32,352 nucleotides of DNA from a virus (lineage: Duplodnaviria > Caudoviricetes), in IMG/VR virus record IMGVR_UViG_3300042289_000155, positions 1 to 32,352 of that record, one strand, 5' to 3'. The number at the start of each line of letters is the position of its first letter. Within the stretch, counting starts at the first letter, position 1. Position numbers and translations under genes: made by a program. Positions 7,072 to 18,035 of the stretch are shown here, piece after piece. The notes beneath the pieces were generated by a model. The model saw only the letters and a list, made by a program, of their open reading frames with translations, had not been told where the DNA came from and did not search any database.

Positions 7072-10000
7072 ATGCAAGATCTGATCCAAACTGGTATCCG
7101 CGTATCCGTTGACCTCGGTACTTCGATAGGCAATGCCCAGAATTTTGCCAAAGTAGTATCGCAAGTTGGTAGTTCGTCCACCAAGGCCAGCGCAGAATTC
7201 AAAAAATCCGCTCAAGAAATATCCACCAATGCCAGAAGCATTGGTGCGGCACTAGGGATGCAAGGTCTTACGGGTACGCGGAATAACGTAGACGCCCTGT
7301 ATAATTCTCTAAAAAATTTTCACAGCCTTAGTCCTCGCAAAATAGTTGATTATGCTGCCGCATGGGAAAAACTATCTGAAATAGGCACAAAGCGCCTTAA
7401 TGCTACTAAATGGGCTGATGAGTTAGCCAAAGCAGCTAACACTATAGAGAAATTAAACCTAGACAAGGCCACACAAAACCTACCGCTTATTTCTAAAGCC
7501 GAAGGCGAGAATCAAATCTCAGTCCTAAACAGGCTCAAGTCTGGGTGGATGGGTCTTGCTGCGGCTTTCTTGTCTGCAAAGGCAGCCGTAACTGCGGTAG
7601 GCGAGTTTACTAAGCTGGCAGATGAGTATTCCGGATTGTTGTCCCGAACCAAATTAGTCTCTGGGACGCAAATGGAATTGGCAACAGCTATGCGAGAAAC
7701 ATATCGCATAGCGATAGATTCAAGAGCGCCATTAAAAGAAGTAACACAACTTTATTACAGAATGTCTGTAGCAATGGCTGACTCAGGTAAGAGTCAGGCT
7801 GAAGTGCTTGCAATGACAGATTTAGTAACAAAGTCTTTGAAGATTTCAGGAGCATCTACTACCGAGACGGCAGCGGCATTGCAACAATTCAGCCAAGCAA
7901 TGCAAGCCGGAGTACTGAATGGTGATGAATTTAGATCAGTAACCGAAAACATGCCACGAGTAGTAACCGCTCTTACTACTTCACTGGGAGTAAACATAGC
8001 CACGTTAAGGGAGTGGTCGGCGCAAGGTAAACTTACTACGCAAACGATAATAAACGCTTTGTTATCGCAAAGGGCAGCTATAGAAACAGATTTCAAAAAG
8101 ATACCGATAACAGTTGGGGATGCACTAACCAACCTCCAAACAGCAGTAACGAGATGGCTAGGGAACGCCGATCAATCTGAACAAGGTACTAGACGATTGG
8201 CCGAAGCGATAGATTATTTTGCTAAAAATCTTGATAATGTTGCAAATTCTATTTCAAATGTTGTTGTACCTGCCGTAACCCATGTAGTAGGTTTTTTCAA
8301 ATTTTACTCTGATGCAGTAGCCGACTTAAACAAAAACCTTCGTGAAATGGTCGGGCTGCAAAGCGCGGGATCACAGATAGATCCAGAGATCCAAAAGCTA
8401 ATGGCAATGGGCCGGGGAGAATGGCGTCCACCCGAACCTACGGCGCAAACTCCGTACTTCACTGGGCAAACAAAGGCAGCGCCTAACACCCCAGATCCTA
8501 AAGAGATTCTAAAGGCCCAAGAGCAAGCACAAAAGGTCTTGGAAGCCACGATCAAACAAAGAATGGAGACAGAGCGCCAAGCAGCAGAATTGTTCAAGGC
8601 GCAGGCCGAGACGCGCTTAAAGGCTTTGGAAGTTGAGCGCGATCAGATGGAGTTTAATTTCAAGTTGCAGATAGAAAGCGCGACTTCTGCTCAACAGAAA
8701 GAAGGCATCATCAGTAGCCTTGCAAAAGCCCGTGAAGAAAGCCTTCGCAAAGAGTTTGGAATCAAACAAGACATAGTAACTGTTGAAGGTGAGGTGCTAA
8801 AAGCAGCTTATGCTGGATATACAGAAGAATTAAACAGGGCTTCTGAGTTAGGATTAAAAGAAGAAGAAATAATCTCACTCAAGACTGCTAGGCTAGGTGT
8901 AGAAAATGAAGTAAAGATTCTCAATGAGCAATCTGCACAGCAACAGATAGACCTAAACGAACAAATAAGACAAGCGTCTGAGCAAGCTATCGAAAGCAAG
9001 CAAAAAGAAAAGGCGGTCACTAACGATGTTGTTTTGGAATATCAGAAAGAATTAGACCTATTCTTAAAATTATCTGCGGCTAAGGCAGCAGGCGCTTCCA
9101 CAGAACAACTAGGCGTAATGAAGTCTGTATATGAACGGACTCAAGGTTTAGAGGGCGTCATATCTAAAGAGCAATTAAATCTAGTACAGCAGTATTTAAT
9201 TTCAATAGAAGCGTTAAAAAGTGCTACTGGCGAACTTGCTGGAAAAGAAAAGGATGTTCGTGAAGAAGCATTGCGTATGTTGGAGGTGATGAACTCCAAT
9301 CTAGAATATGCAAAAGAAGTTACCAAAGGGCTTACAGAAGCTTTTGATTCCGTAGGCGCGGCTATTGGTGGAATGGCTGTAGCGATGGCTGAATATGGCA
9401 AACAACAAGTCGCTATCGAAGTTCAGAAGCAAGAGGAAATCAAAAAAGCAGCAGGCGATCCAGCAAAAGTAGCTAAGGCTGAACAAGATGCTTCGCAAAA
9501 ATCAGCAAAAGCACAGATCAAAAGTTATGGTGACATAACGCAAGCTGCACAGGGGTTCTTCAAGAAAGGAACCGCTGGGTATCAGGCGATGAGTACGGCT
9601 GTCAAAGTCTTTAGGGCTTTTGAGATGGCGCAGTCCGTTATGTCTGCCGTTAAGCAGATCCAGCAGATGGGCGGCTTGCTCACGGCTTTCACCGAATCGC
9701 TCACCACTATGGGCATTTTGTCGGATGCCAACACAGCCAAGGAAGTTGCTAATTCTGCCGCTGGCGCACAAGCAAAAGCGGCTGAAGGCGCAGCTAATCA
9801 GGGATCTTCTGGTGATCCATATTCCGCTTTTGCTCGTGTAGCGGCTTGGGTGGCTTTGATGGCCGGACTTGGTATTGCTATCAGCGGTGGGGCCAGTGCA
9901 GCGCCCACGATGACAGGCAAGGATTACGCAAAGCAACAGGAAGAAGCATTTGCGTCCACCCTTGGATCAACGGTACTGGGAGGCGCAGAGGCTTCCAACT

Positions 10001-12618
10001 CTATCCAAAACTCTCTCGACATAATTGCAGAGAACAGCACTGCCGACCTCGACTATAGTCAGGGTTTGCTAAAGGCTTTTGAAGAACTATCGGCGGCAAT
10101 GACTGGCCTCGCGGCAGCGGTAGCAGTGTCGTTCAAGGTCGATACTAGCGGGCTAAATCTTGGCAAGACAGGATCTAGCATCCTTGCTTTTGGTGCTGGT
10201 AACACAAAAAGAGAATTGGCAGGGCAAGGACTTACGTTCACACCTACCAGACTCGGCAAACTGCTCGATTCTGAAAGCATACAAGGTCAACAATATGTAG
10301 ATGTGTTGGTGACAAAGACCAAAGGCTACTTCTTTGGACTTATATCAAAAACTAAACAATCAATAGAGACAACTTTTAGCAATCTTCCGAAGCCAATCAG
10401 CGATCAGGTAGTAAACGTATTTGATAAGTTAAGGACAACTTTCATAAAGTCAGCCGACTTAGTTGGTATGGGCGGCGCAGAGTTTATGAGCAAACTCGAT
10501 AAACTCAAGATAAACTTGGGCAAGATTCCGTTTACCGATGATGCTAAGAAGAATGGCGAAATGCTAAATGCTGCAATAAATAAGCAAGCCGATCTTTGGT
10601 CTAAGAAACTTACCCCGGCCTATAAAGAATCACGAATTGTAGGGGAAGGATACTTTGAGACATTTAACCGTGTTGCCAACGCGATAACAAATGGCAAAGC
10701 AAAACTTGCACAGTTCAATATCGAAGCTATTTCTTATGCACAAGTAATGGATAAGAAAGGTGATATTGAGAAGCAAATAGTTGTTCAATCTATCTTGGCT
10801 TCCAATGCCACCTCGGATCTAAAGGATGTAATGGCGGCACTTCCGGGAACGGCTGAAGATGCTATAGAGAATTTTAGCAAACTTATAGAAATTAAGTCGC
10901 TATTTGCTTCCGTGGGTCAGGCAAGTGTCAACTTGTCAAACACATTGATAACAGCGTCAGGCGGCATAGATAAACTCAGAACAAATCTTGAGACCTATTT
11001 CGATAGGTACTTTACTGATACCCAGAAACTAGGTGCAAATACACAGACGCTCTCAAACAAGTTCAGCGCCCTTGGGCTAACCATGCCTAGCCTCAGTGCT
11101 ACGGTAGATAAAACCACTGGGGTAGTGACTGACGCCAAAGGAAGCTATGTAAAATTCCTTGATGCTTTGAGCAAAGATACTTCTGCCGCTGGTCAGGCCA
11201 CCTACGCAAAGGCTCTTGCATTGGCAGGTGAGTTTGCAGACGCAGCGGAGTTGAGCGCCAGTATCACAGAGCAAGCCAACCAAACCATACGAGACTCATA
11301 CACTAAAACAGTAAACCAACAAATAGCAGTTTACAAACTGTTAGCCAAACAAGATCCAGCCGCAGCGGAAGAAGCACTTAGGCTAGAAAGACAACTGGCT
11401 ATGGTGGGCATGGATGCTTTGACCAAACAATATACAGAAAATGTGAACGCTCTTACCGATGCGTCAGAGGCGCTAACGACTTCGCAAGGATCGTTGAAAA
11501 CGGCATACGATAATTTGCTGAAGTTGCGAGACAACTTTGTGGGTCTGGTGAAAGGTATCCAGACGTACTACAACGAACTGACAGGCCCGAAGTCGCCTAA
11601 CATATCGCCCCAAGATGCTTACAAGCTGGCTAAAGACCTCTTTACGTCTACAGCGGCGGGTGCTGCACAGGGCAATGCCCAAGCGTTAGCAGATCTACCG
11701 GACGTTGCAAAGCAATTCTTAGAAGCGTCTCAGAAGATGTTTGCGTCCGGCCCCGGATACCAAACAGATTTTCAAGCCGTTTTGGATGGTTTGCAAAATG
11801 GTATTAAAGGCGGGAACATACAAATTGATATAATGAACGCGCAGTTATTACAAGCAGAACAAGCCAATAAAAATCTTGTTACGCTTGACACCACTATGCA
11901 AACCGTTACTGGCGCTGTTGGTACATTATCTAAAGCATTAGCAGAATACAACACTAAACTTGCTGTGTATCTTAACGCTGTAGCAACTGCAAAACCCGGT
12001 GAAACACCGGCTCCGCCTACATTTGTAGCGCCAACCGTTCCTACTCCCGTAACCCCAGTAGTTCCTGTAACACCGACCACCCCGACGCAAACTTCTCAGG
12101 ATAGAAAGAACGACGCGGCTACCCAACAGGCTAAGATAAACGCCATGTATAAGGAGTTGGGCGCAACCATGAAAGATTCGGTCAGAGCGCAAAAGCAACA
12201 GGCTATTAGGGATTTCTGGGCTGATATAAGGGCTAACCATCCGTGGCTACAGTGGACAGCCACAGCAGGCGCGGGAACAGATGTCTGGTCTGATAACCGA
12301 TATGCCTTTACAGCCACCTACGCCAAAGGCGGCTACGCCACCCCCGGCATGGCTTTGGTGGGTGAGCAAGGGCCAGAACTGATTAACTTTGCACAGCCGG
12401 GTCAGGTCTACACGGCAGGGCAGACGCAAAGCATTTTGGCTTCCAGCGGTGAGAACCAGAAAGAGCAAACCGAGGTTATGAAGGCTCAAGTGATGGAATT
12501 GAAAGCCTTGGTAAAAGTCCAGCAAACTGCTAATATCGAATTGATAAAAGAACTTAAAGGTTTGAAAGCAGAGATGGCGGTACTTGCCAAGAAAGCTAAA
12601 TTGGAGGCTTCAGCGTGA
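7072..12618 (+). CDS. Tail tape measure protein, 1848 aa
   Basis: Tape-measure N-terminal domain (AALQQFSQAMQAGVLNGDEFRSV.EN.P), long Ala/Gln/Lys-rich helical body, C-terminal YAKGG..LVGEQGPEL motif. Confidence 0.95.
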   Translation: MQDLIQTGIRVSVDLGTSIGNAQNFAKVVSQVGSSSTKASAEFKKSAQEISTNARSIGAALGMQGLTGTRNNVDALYNSLKNFHSLSPRKIVDYAAAWEKLSEIGTKRLNATKWADELAKAANTIEKLNLDKATQNLPLISKAEGENQISVLNRLKSGWMGLAAAFLSAKAAVTAVGEFTKLADEYSGLLSRTKLVSGTQMELATAMRETYRIAIDSRAPLKEVTQLYYRMSVAMADSGKSQAEVLAMTDLVTKSLKISGASTTETAAALQQFSQAMQAGVLNGDEFRSVTENMPRVVTALTTSLGVNIATLREWSAQGKLTTQTIINALLSQRAAIETDFKKIPITVGDALTNLQTAVTRWLGNADQSEQGTRRLAEAIDYFAKNLDNVANSISNVVVPAVTHVVGFFKFYSDAVADLNKNLREMVGLQSAGSQIDPEIQKLMAMGRGEWRPPEPTAQTPYFTGQTKAAPNTPDPKEILKAQEQAQKVLEATIKQRMETERQAAELFKAQAETRLKALEVERDQMEFNFKLQIESATSAQQKEGIISSLAKAREESLRKEFGIKQDIVTVEGEVLKAAYAGYTEELNRASELGLKEEEIISLKTARLGVENEVKILNEQSAQQQIDLNEQIRQASEQAIESKQKEKAVTNDVVLEYQKELDLFLKLSAAKAAGASTEQLGVMKSVYERTQGLEGVISKEQLNLVQQYLISIEALKSATGELAGKEKDVREEALRMLEVMNSNLEYAKEVTKGLTEAFDSVGAAIGGMAVAMAEYGKQQVAIEVQKQEEIKKAAGDPAKVAKAEQDASQKSAKAQIKSYGDITQAAQGFFKKGTAGYQAMSTAVKVFRAFEMAQSVMSAVKQIQQMGGLLTAFTESLTTMGILSDANTAKEVANSAAGAQAKAAEGAANQGSSGDPYSAFARVAAWVALMAGLGIAISGGASAAPTMTGKDYAKQQEEAFASTLGSTVLGGAEASNSIQNSLDIIAENSTADLDYSQGLLKAFEELSAAMTGLAAAVAVSFKVDTSGLNLGKTGSSILAFGAGNTKRELAGQGLTFTPTRLGKLLDSESIQGQQYVDVLVTKTKGYFFGLISKTKQSIETTFSNLPKPISDQVVNVFDKLRTTFIKSADLVGMGGAEFMSKLDKLKINLGKIPFTDDAKKNGEMLNAAINKQADLWSKKLTPAYKESRIVGEGYFETFNRVANAITNGKAKLAQFNIEAISYAQVMDKKGDIEKQIVVQSILASNATSDLKDVMAALPGTAEDAIENFSKLIEIKSLFASVGQASVNLSNTLITASGGIDKLRTNLETYFDRYFTDTQKLGANTQTLSNKFSALGLTMPSLSATVDKTTGVVTDAKGSYVKFLDALSKDTSAAGQATYAKALALAGEFADAAELSASITEQANQTIRDSYTKTVNQQIAVYKLLAKQDPAAAEEALRLERQLAMVGMDALTKQYTENVNALTDASEALTTSQGSLKTAYDNLLKLRDNFVGLVKGIQTYYNELTGPKSPNISPQDAYKLAKDLFTSTAAGAAQGNAQALADLPDVAKQFLEASQKMFASGPGYQTDFQAVLDGLQNGIKGGNIQIDIMNAQLLQAEQANKNLVTLDTTMQTVTGAVGTLSKALAEYNTKLAVYLNAVATAKPGETPAPPTFVAPTVPTPVTPVVPVTPTTPTQTSQDRKNDAATQQAKINAMYKELGATMKDSVRAQKQQAIRDFWADIRANHPWLQWTATAGAGTDVWSDNRYAFTATYAKGGYATPGMALVGEQGPELINFAQPGQVYTAGQTQSILASSGENQKEQTEVMKAQVMELKALVKVQQTANIELIKELKGLKAEMAVLAKKAKLEASA

Positions 12619-14354
12619 GAAATTATGGTATCCAGTTTGACGGAACTACACTAGACGGCATAACAACTACATCGTTCTATTTTTCGATATATGGTTTTAG
12701 CCTATATGATAATTTTTATGAACCAAGGATAACTACACCTACTACGGTTACATCTTCGATGTTTTCAGACAGAACAACATCGGGAGCCAATGCCAAAACT
12801 TACGGTTATCTGGAACTTGAAAACTCCGATGGCGCTCTCGATTACATGGCTGATTACGCATTTGAGGGTAAACAAGCTATTGTTTCTTTTTACCTAGACG
12901 ACGGGACTGGCGTAGGTTACGTAACCACTGTTATAGATTCCATTGAGTTATCTATAACTAAAGTCGTAATAAATTTAAGAGACATAATTGCAGATTTAGA
13001 TAAACCTTTGCTGACTTCGGTTTACGGCGGCACTAACATCTTACCAAATGGAATAGATGGAACTGATGACATAAAAGGACAAACGATACCGAGGCTTTTG
13101 GGTTTTGTTAAGAGCATAGAACCCGTTCAAGTTAACACGGCTGTATGGATATACCAAATATCTGATAGCGCAGGGACAATACAGAACGTGTATGACAAGG
13201 GCGTCGTGCTTCCACCTCAGTCTCCCCCGTTCTCATCGGTAGCGGCTATGGTGGCTGGTTCTGTTACACCCGGTTCTTACCGAGTCTATCGCGGCCCTGA
13301 AGGATTGTTTTTCAAACTCGGTGTTGCGCCCAACGGCATTGTTACTTGTGATGCTACTGGATACGTTGATGTAAATCCGGTCTTAATAAACGTGGTTTTG
13401 TTTACATATCAGATAAATACATATAATGGGACTGTAAAAAATGTTTATGACAACGGGGTAGAATTAACTTTACAAACACCGGCCTTTTCATCTGTAACAG
13501 ATCTAAACACCGGATCGGTTACGGCTGGAAGTTATCGAGTATATGACGGCCCTGAAGGACTTTATTTTAGGTTAGGCAGCGCACCCACCGGCAGCGTGAT
13601 ATGTAATGTAGGTGGTGCTGGCACGGTAGGTGAGGCTATAAGTAACATCCTAACCTACGGATCTTTTACTGAATTTTTTACAGGATCTTTGCCAGTTTAT
13701 GAAGCTGGAATATACATAAAAGATTCTTCAAGTTATAGGTCTTTGGTGACTGATTTAGCTGGGTCAGTCGGATCTTGGTTTGGAAGTAGTGATTGGTCAG
13801 CAACAAGCATAGACGGTGGTGTGTTTAATGGAACAACAGGAACGCTTGTCGGTATTCTTGATTCAAATAATATAATTGATATTGAAAGGGTTAGGACAAG
13901 AGATACAGGTAATGGAGTTCCTATTTGGAAAATAAATCTTAATTACCAGAAAATAGATAGAGTTTTAACCGCTACCGATCTAGCTTCTACTGTACTCAGC
14001 GCAGATAAAAATTATTTAGCTAAAGAATACAGAACTGTGTTTTCAGAAAATCCTTCTATAAAAACAATATATCCAAACTCAGAAGAATTAACTATAAACA
14101 CTTTGTTGAATGATTCTGCTGACGCTGCTTTAGAAACAGCTAGACTGTTAACGCTCTATGGTCAGAAAAGAGTAGTTTATGTCGTGACTGTTCGTGAACT
14201 ATTTGACATCGAAATTCTTTCGATGTATAGGATTGGCGCCGTCGTTATACTACAATTAGACAGATTTGGCCTAAATGCTGGCAAAGATTTTAGCATAATA
14301 GGCGTAGAGACAGACTACTATTCTAGGGTAGCCAAATTAACTTTATGGGGCTGA
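12615..14354 (+). CDS. Tail tip / baseplate hub-like protein with an internal tandem duplication
   Basis: Follows the tape measure by GTGA overlap; LEN.DGALD, YGGTN.LPNG.DGT.DIKG..P...G, RFGL.AGK, LTLWG. Confidence 0.7.
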   Translation: MRNYGIQFDGTTLDGITTTSFYFSIYGFSLYDNFYEPRITTPTTVTSSMFSDRTTSGANAKTYGYLELENSDGALDYMADYAFEGKQAIVSFYLDDGTGVGYVTTVIDSIELSITKVVINLRDIIADLDKPLLTSVYGGTNILPNGIDGTDDIKGQTIPRLLGFVKSIEPVQVNTAVWIYQISDSAGTIQNVYDKGVVLPPQSPPFSSVAAMVAGSVTPGSYRVYRGPEGLFFKLGVAPNGIVTCDATGYVDVNPVLINVVLFTYQINTYNGTVKNVYDNGVELTLQTPAFSSVTDLNTGSVTAGSYRVYDGPEGLYFRLGSAPTGSVICNVGGAGTVGEAISNILTYGSFTEFFTGSLPVYEAGIYIKDSSSYRSLVTDLAGSVGSWFGSSDWSATSIDGGVFNGTTGTLVGILDSNNIIDIERVRTRDTGNGVPIWKINLNYQKIDRVLTATDLASTVLSADKNYLAKEYRTVFSENPSIKTIYPNSEELTINTLLNDSADAALETARLLTLYGQKRVVYVVTVRELFDIEILSMYRIGAVVILQLDRFGLNAGKDFSIIGVETDYYSRVAKLTLWG

Positions 14355-14357
14355 TAA

Positions 14358-15215
14358 ATGTCAAACTGTATCATTGGTTTTAAGAATAGGATAGATGAGA
14401 GTTCGATAGACGATTTTTATGGTAACTGGAATATTAGCTACCCCATAGCAAACGTTAAGAATGGCATCATCTCAATAGAAGCAAGATCTGTAGATACCGA
14501 TAGCACAAACACAAGATTCAGGTTTGCTACTGCTCAAACCCGTCTAATAGGCGCTATTGCAATCGTCAATCATAACCTAACCGCAACGGCTACATGGCGC
14601 TATAGAGTTTACTCTGATGCAGCATACAGCACACTCGTATACGATTCTGGGACTATAAACGTATGGCCTGATATGCCATACGGCTATTATGAATGGGAAG
14701 ATGACGATTTTTGGGATCTCACAATGTCACCCGACCAAATCACTGCTGATAGGCACACTCTGATCCACGCACAAACAGATCTGACAAACGCGCAGTATTA
14801 TCAGATTGAATTTTTCGATGCAGATAACCCGGCGGGTTATGTGTCACTTGGCAGAGTCTTTTTGGGTCAGACCTATCAGCCTGAGAATAACATGAGTCTG
14901 GGCGCTGCAATTAGCATAGAATCCGATACGACCGTTGATAAATCCATTGGTGGGGTGGAGTTCTTCCAGAACAAATTGAAGTACAGAGTGGTCAGGATGA
15001 ATCTGGCGTATTTGGATGAAGCGACAGCCATTTTGAATCAGGATATAATGCAACAATCCGACATAAGTGCTGAAGTTTTATTTATATGGAATCCGGCATC
15101 TAGCATCTTGAATAACAAAAATAGTTTTATGGGCAGACTACGCAGTCTGAACGCTGTAGAAAACCCATACAATACTATCTATCAAACGTCTTATGAAATA
15201 AAGGAGCTTCTGTAA
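14358..15215 (+). CDS. Tail tip protein, possibly Dit-like with an N-terminal carbohydrate-binding-like domain
   Basis: NHNL...A.WR, YDSG...VWP, GYV.LGRVF, S.GG.EFF, F.GRL..L, EIKELL; located in the tail tip cluster. Confidence 0.6.
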   Translation: MSNCIIGFKNRIDESSIDDFYGNWNISYPIANVKNGIISIEARSVDTDSTNTRFRFATAQTRLIGAIAIVNHNLTATATWRYRVYSDAAYSTLVYDSGTINVWPDMPYGYYEWEDDDFWDLTMSPDQITADRHTLIHAQTDLTNAQYYQIEFFDADNPAGYVSLGRVFLGQTYQPENNMSLGAAISIESDTTVDKSIGGVEFFQNKLKYRVVRMNLAYLDEATAILNQDIMQQSDISAEVLFIWNPASSILNNKNSFMGRLRSLNAVENPYNTIYQTSYEIKELL

Positions 15216-15784
15216 TGGCATCAGTAACTTTTCCCACCGGGCTAGGCGGCGACGGCTCAACCGTTACGGACGATGACAACCCCACTACAGGTCTTAGGGA
15301 AGGTGGGTGGCGCACTCGCTTTGTGCCTTGCCTATCGAACACTGTTGCGATTGCCGACCAGATAACATCACGGACTATCTTTGGATCTGATACGAGCGCC
15401 ACATCCACCCTCGTGGTCGCCGGAACCAAGACCTTTACGACAGCGGGGCTTCTGGTATGGGCACCGGGAATGTTCGTCACCATAGCGCGTACCTCGGCTG
15501 CTGTGGCAACCAATATGTATGGACAGGTAACGGCGTACAATCCAACAACGAAACAGCTTACAGTTAATGTGACAAGCATTGTCGGCAGCGGCACATATAC
15601 CGATTGGACTATCTCAATAGCGCCTCCCGGCCTTGCGGCTTTCTCTTTCACAGGCGCAACTACTATAGCGGTTAGTTCGGCTTCTGACGCGCTCAGAGTC
15701 ACTCAGTCGGGCGCGGGGAACGCTTTGGTGGTTGAGGACAGCGCGAATCCTGATAGCAGCCCATTTGTAATTACCGCTGATGGG
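15215..15784 (+). repeat. Diverged 570-bp direct repeat, copy 1 (fibre N-terminus)
   Basis: Colinear with 17466-18035; shared runs such as GGTGGGTGGCGCAC and TGGTGGTTGAGGACAGCGCGAATCCTGAT. Confidence 0.9.
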
Positions 15785-17446
15785 ACTATGGTGCTGGGAT
15801 ATACGACAAGTATCAATTCTCTTGGGTATGCCCAAGGCGCACAGTTCTATCGTCAGTCAGGAACAATCGGGCAATTTAGATACTCGACAGACACAGGTGC
15901 TTCAGAATTAGTTTCTTCTAAATCTCGCGGAACACAAGCCTCTCCTACTATAGTTGTAAACGGCGACGGTTTGTGGCTTGGCAGATTTGCAGGCTATGAC
16001 GGTGCAAACTTTATTGAAGCTGCAAGATTTTCGGTTGAAGTAGACGGCACTCCCGGTACTAACGATATGCCCGGTCGTCTTATATTCAGCACGACGGCTG
16101 ATGGCGCTTCAAGCCCGACTGAAAGGATGAGGATTCGCAGCGATGGCAACATTGGGATAGGTTTTGGTGGATCTGGATCGGCTAACATATATTTAGCTAA
16201 AAGCATAACAGGTGCTACGACAGCATACGGTTTCTTGTTCACAGGGCAAATTCAAACAGATGTTACCGCAGGTGCTAACTACATATTTACTCAAGCAAAC
16301 GTAGCATCGGGGTTTGCATCAGCACTTCCGAATATCCGACATTTTTACGCAACACAAGGCACTCTATCAAGCGCCGTAACAAGTCAGTTTGGTTTCGATG
16401 TTGATTCTTCCTTAATAAGTGCTCTTAACAATTACGGTTTTCGTTCAAACATCCCGTATTCTATTTATACCTCAAACTATAATTTTTACGCTTCTGGAAG
16501 CGCACCTAACTATTTTGCTGGCGCTATTGGGATAGGAACCACACCAACACCCGGAACACATGGCCTATTTGCAGTTTTGAATTTGTCGAGTGCTACTAGC
16601 CAGAACATTACAAGCCAGCCTACTTTTCAAAATACAGTTACCGATGGAAGGTGCTTCACCTCGTTTCCTACAGTACCAACGGGAACGGCTTTAACAAACC
16701 TTTACCATTACCGGGCTAATCAACAAACGTTAGTCGGGACTGTAGCGAATGTCTACGGATTCAATGTTGAGGCAACTGTGATTGGTGGATCAACCGCCAC
16801 CTACGGGTTCCATGCCAACATTCCTGCCGCTGCTAATAGGTTCAATTTCTACGCTGCAAGCACAGCTATCAATTATTTTGCTGGCCCTACGGGTGTTGGT
16901 GTAACTCCTTCAGGTCTACAATTTCAAGTACAAGCGGCAAGCAATACTACCGTAGCGGCTTTTGGCAATGCTGGCGGTACTAGCGCGTTCGTCATGCTTA
17001 GAAACTCTGTGGCTACCGCCAATGAAATCAGATTTGGTGCAGAAAGTGGGGATCTTACTTTTTATACTGCTACTGTTGAAAGATTGCGTATATCAAGTGC
17101 AGGTGCAGCGACCTTTACTGGCGCTATCAAGGGCAATACCACCATAGCTGGCGGCTATACTGCCCATGCAGCCGGTACTACCGCTATGGCTCTGGGATCT
17201 AACAATGTGGTCAAGGTAACGCCAAACGCAACCGCCACCTACACAACTTCAGTGGCCCCCGCAGGTGCAGAGTCGTCTGTTATTATTGTGACAAGTGGCA
17301 CTACGTCCTACACCATCACTTTTGGCACAGGGTTCTTATCGGCTGGTACTTTGGCTACTGGTGCTGTAACCGCAAAAACATTTGTTATAAATTTTGTTTC
17401 GGATGGTACAACCATGATCGAAACCTCACGCACTGCCGCACTATAA
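15215..17446 (+). CDS. Tail fibre protein 1, 743 aa
   Basis: Gly/Thr/Ser/Ala-rich; ERMRI..GNIGIG repeats; DGTPGTNDMPGRL module. Confidence 0.85.
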   Translation: MASVTFPTGLGGDGSTVTDDDNPTTGLREGGWRTRFVPCLSNTVAIADQITSRTIFGSDTSATSTLVVAGTKTFTTAGLLVWAPGMFVTIARTSAAVATNMYGQVTAYNPTTKQLTVNVTSIVGSGTYTDWTISIAPPGLAAFSFTGATTIAVSSASDALRVTQSGAGNALVVEDSANPDSSPFVITADGTMVLGYTTSINSLGYAQGAQFYRQSGTIGQFRYSTDTGASELVSSKSRGTQASPTIVVNGDGLWLGRFAGYDGANFIEAARFSVEVDGTPGTNDMPGRLIFSTTADGASSPTERMRIRSDGNIGIGFGGSGSANIYLAKSITGATTAYGFLFTGQIQTDVTAGANYIFTQANVASGFASALPNIRHFYATQGTLSSAVTSQFGFDVDSSLISALNNYGFRSNIPYSIYTSNYNFYASGSAPNYFAGAIGIGTTPTPGTHGLFAVLNLSSATSQNITSQPTFQNTVTDGRCFTSFPTVPTGTALTNLYHYRANQQTLVGTVANVYGFNVEATVIGGSTATYGFHANIPAAANRFNFYAASTAINYFAGPTGVGVTPSGLQFQVQAASNTTVAAFGNAGGTSAFVMLRNSVATANEIRFGAESGDLTFYTATVERLRISSAGAATFTGAIKGNTTIAGGYTAHAAGTTAMALGSNNVVKVTPNATATYTTSVAPAGAESSVIIVTSGTTSYTITFGTGFLSAGTLATGAVTAKTFVINFVSDGTTMIETSRTAAL

Positions 17447-17465
17447 TTCAGAAGGAGTTCTCAAG

Positions 17466-18035
17466 ATGGCATCAGTTACTTTTCCAGTTGAATTGGGCGG
17501 CGACGGATCTACCGTCACGGATGATGCAAGCCCCACTACCGGACTTAGGAATGGTGGGTGGCGCACCCGTTTTGTGCCTTGCCTTACGAACACCGTAGCT
17601 ATCGCCAATGAGGTAGCAACACGGACTATCTTTGGGTCTGATACAAGCGTCACTTCCAACTCCATAGGCGTCGGTAGCAAGGTTTTCGCTACCGCTGGGC
17701 TACTAAGGTGGGCCGCTGGAATGTATGTCACTGTGGCCCGCACATCGGCTCCTACAGCCAGCAATATGTACGGTCAAGTCACGGCTTACAATGCTTTCAC
17801 TTCACAGGTAACGATCAACATAACCAATGTGGTCGGCAGTGGCACGTTTACCGACTGGACGATAGCCATTGCACCTCCCGGCCTTGCAGCGTTCTCTTTC
17901 ACGGGCGCGACTACCATAGCGGTCAATTCAACTTCAGATGCTCTGCGAGTCACGCAAACTGGCACAGGCAATGCTCTGGTGGTTGAGGACAGCGCGAATC
18001 CTGATGCTACGCCTTTTGTAATTGACACCGATGGT
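17466..18035 (+). repeat. Diverged 570-bp direct repeat, copy 2
   Basis: Colinear with 15215-15784. Confidence 0.9.
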
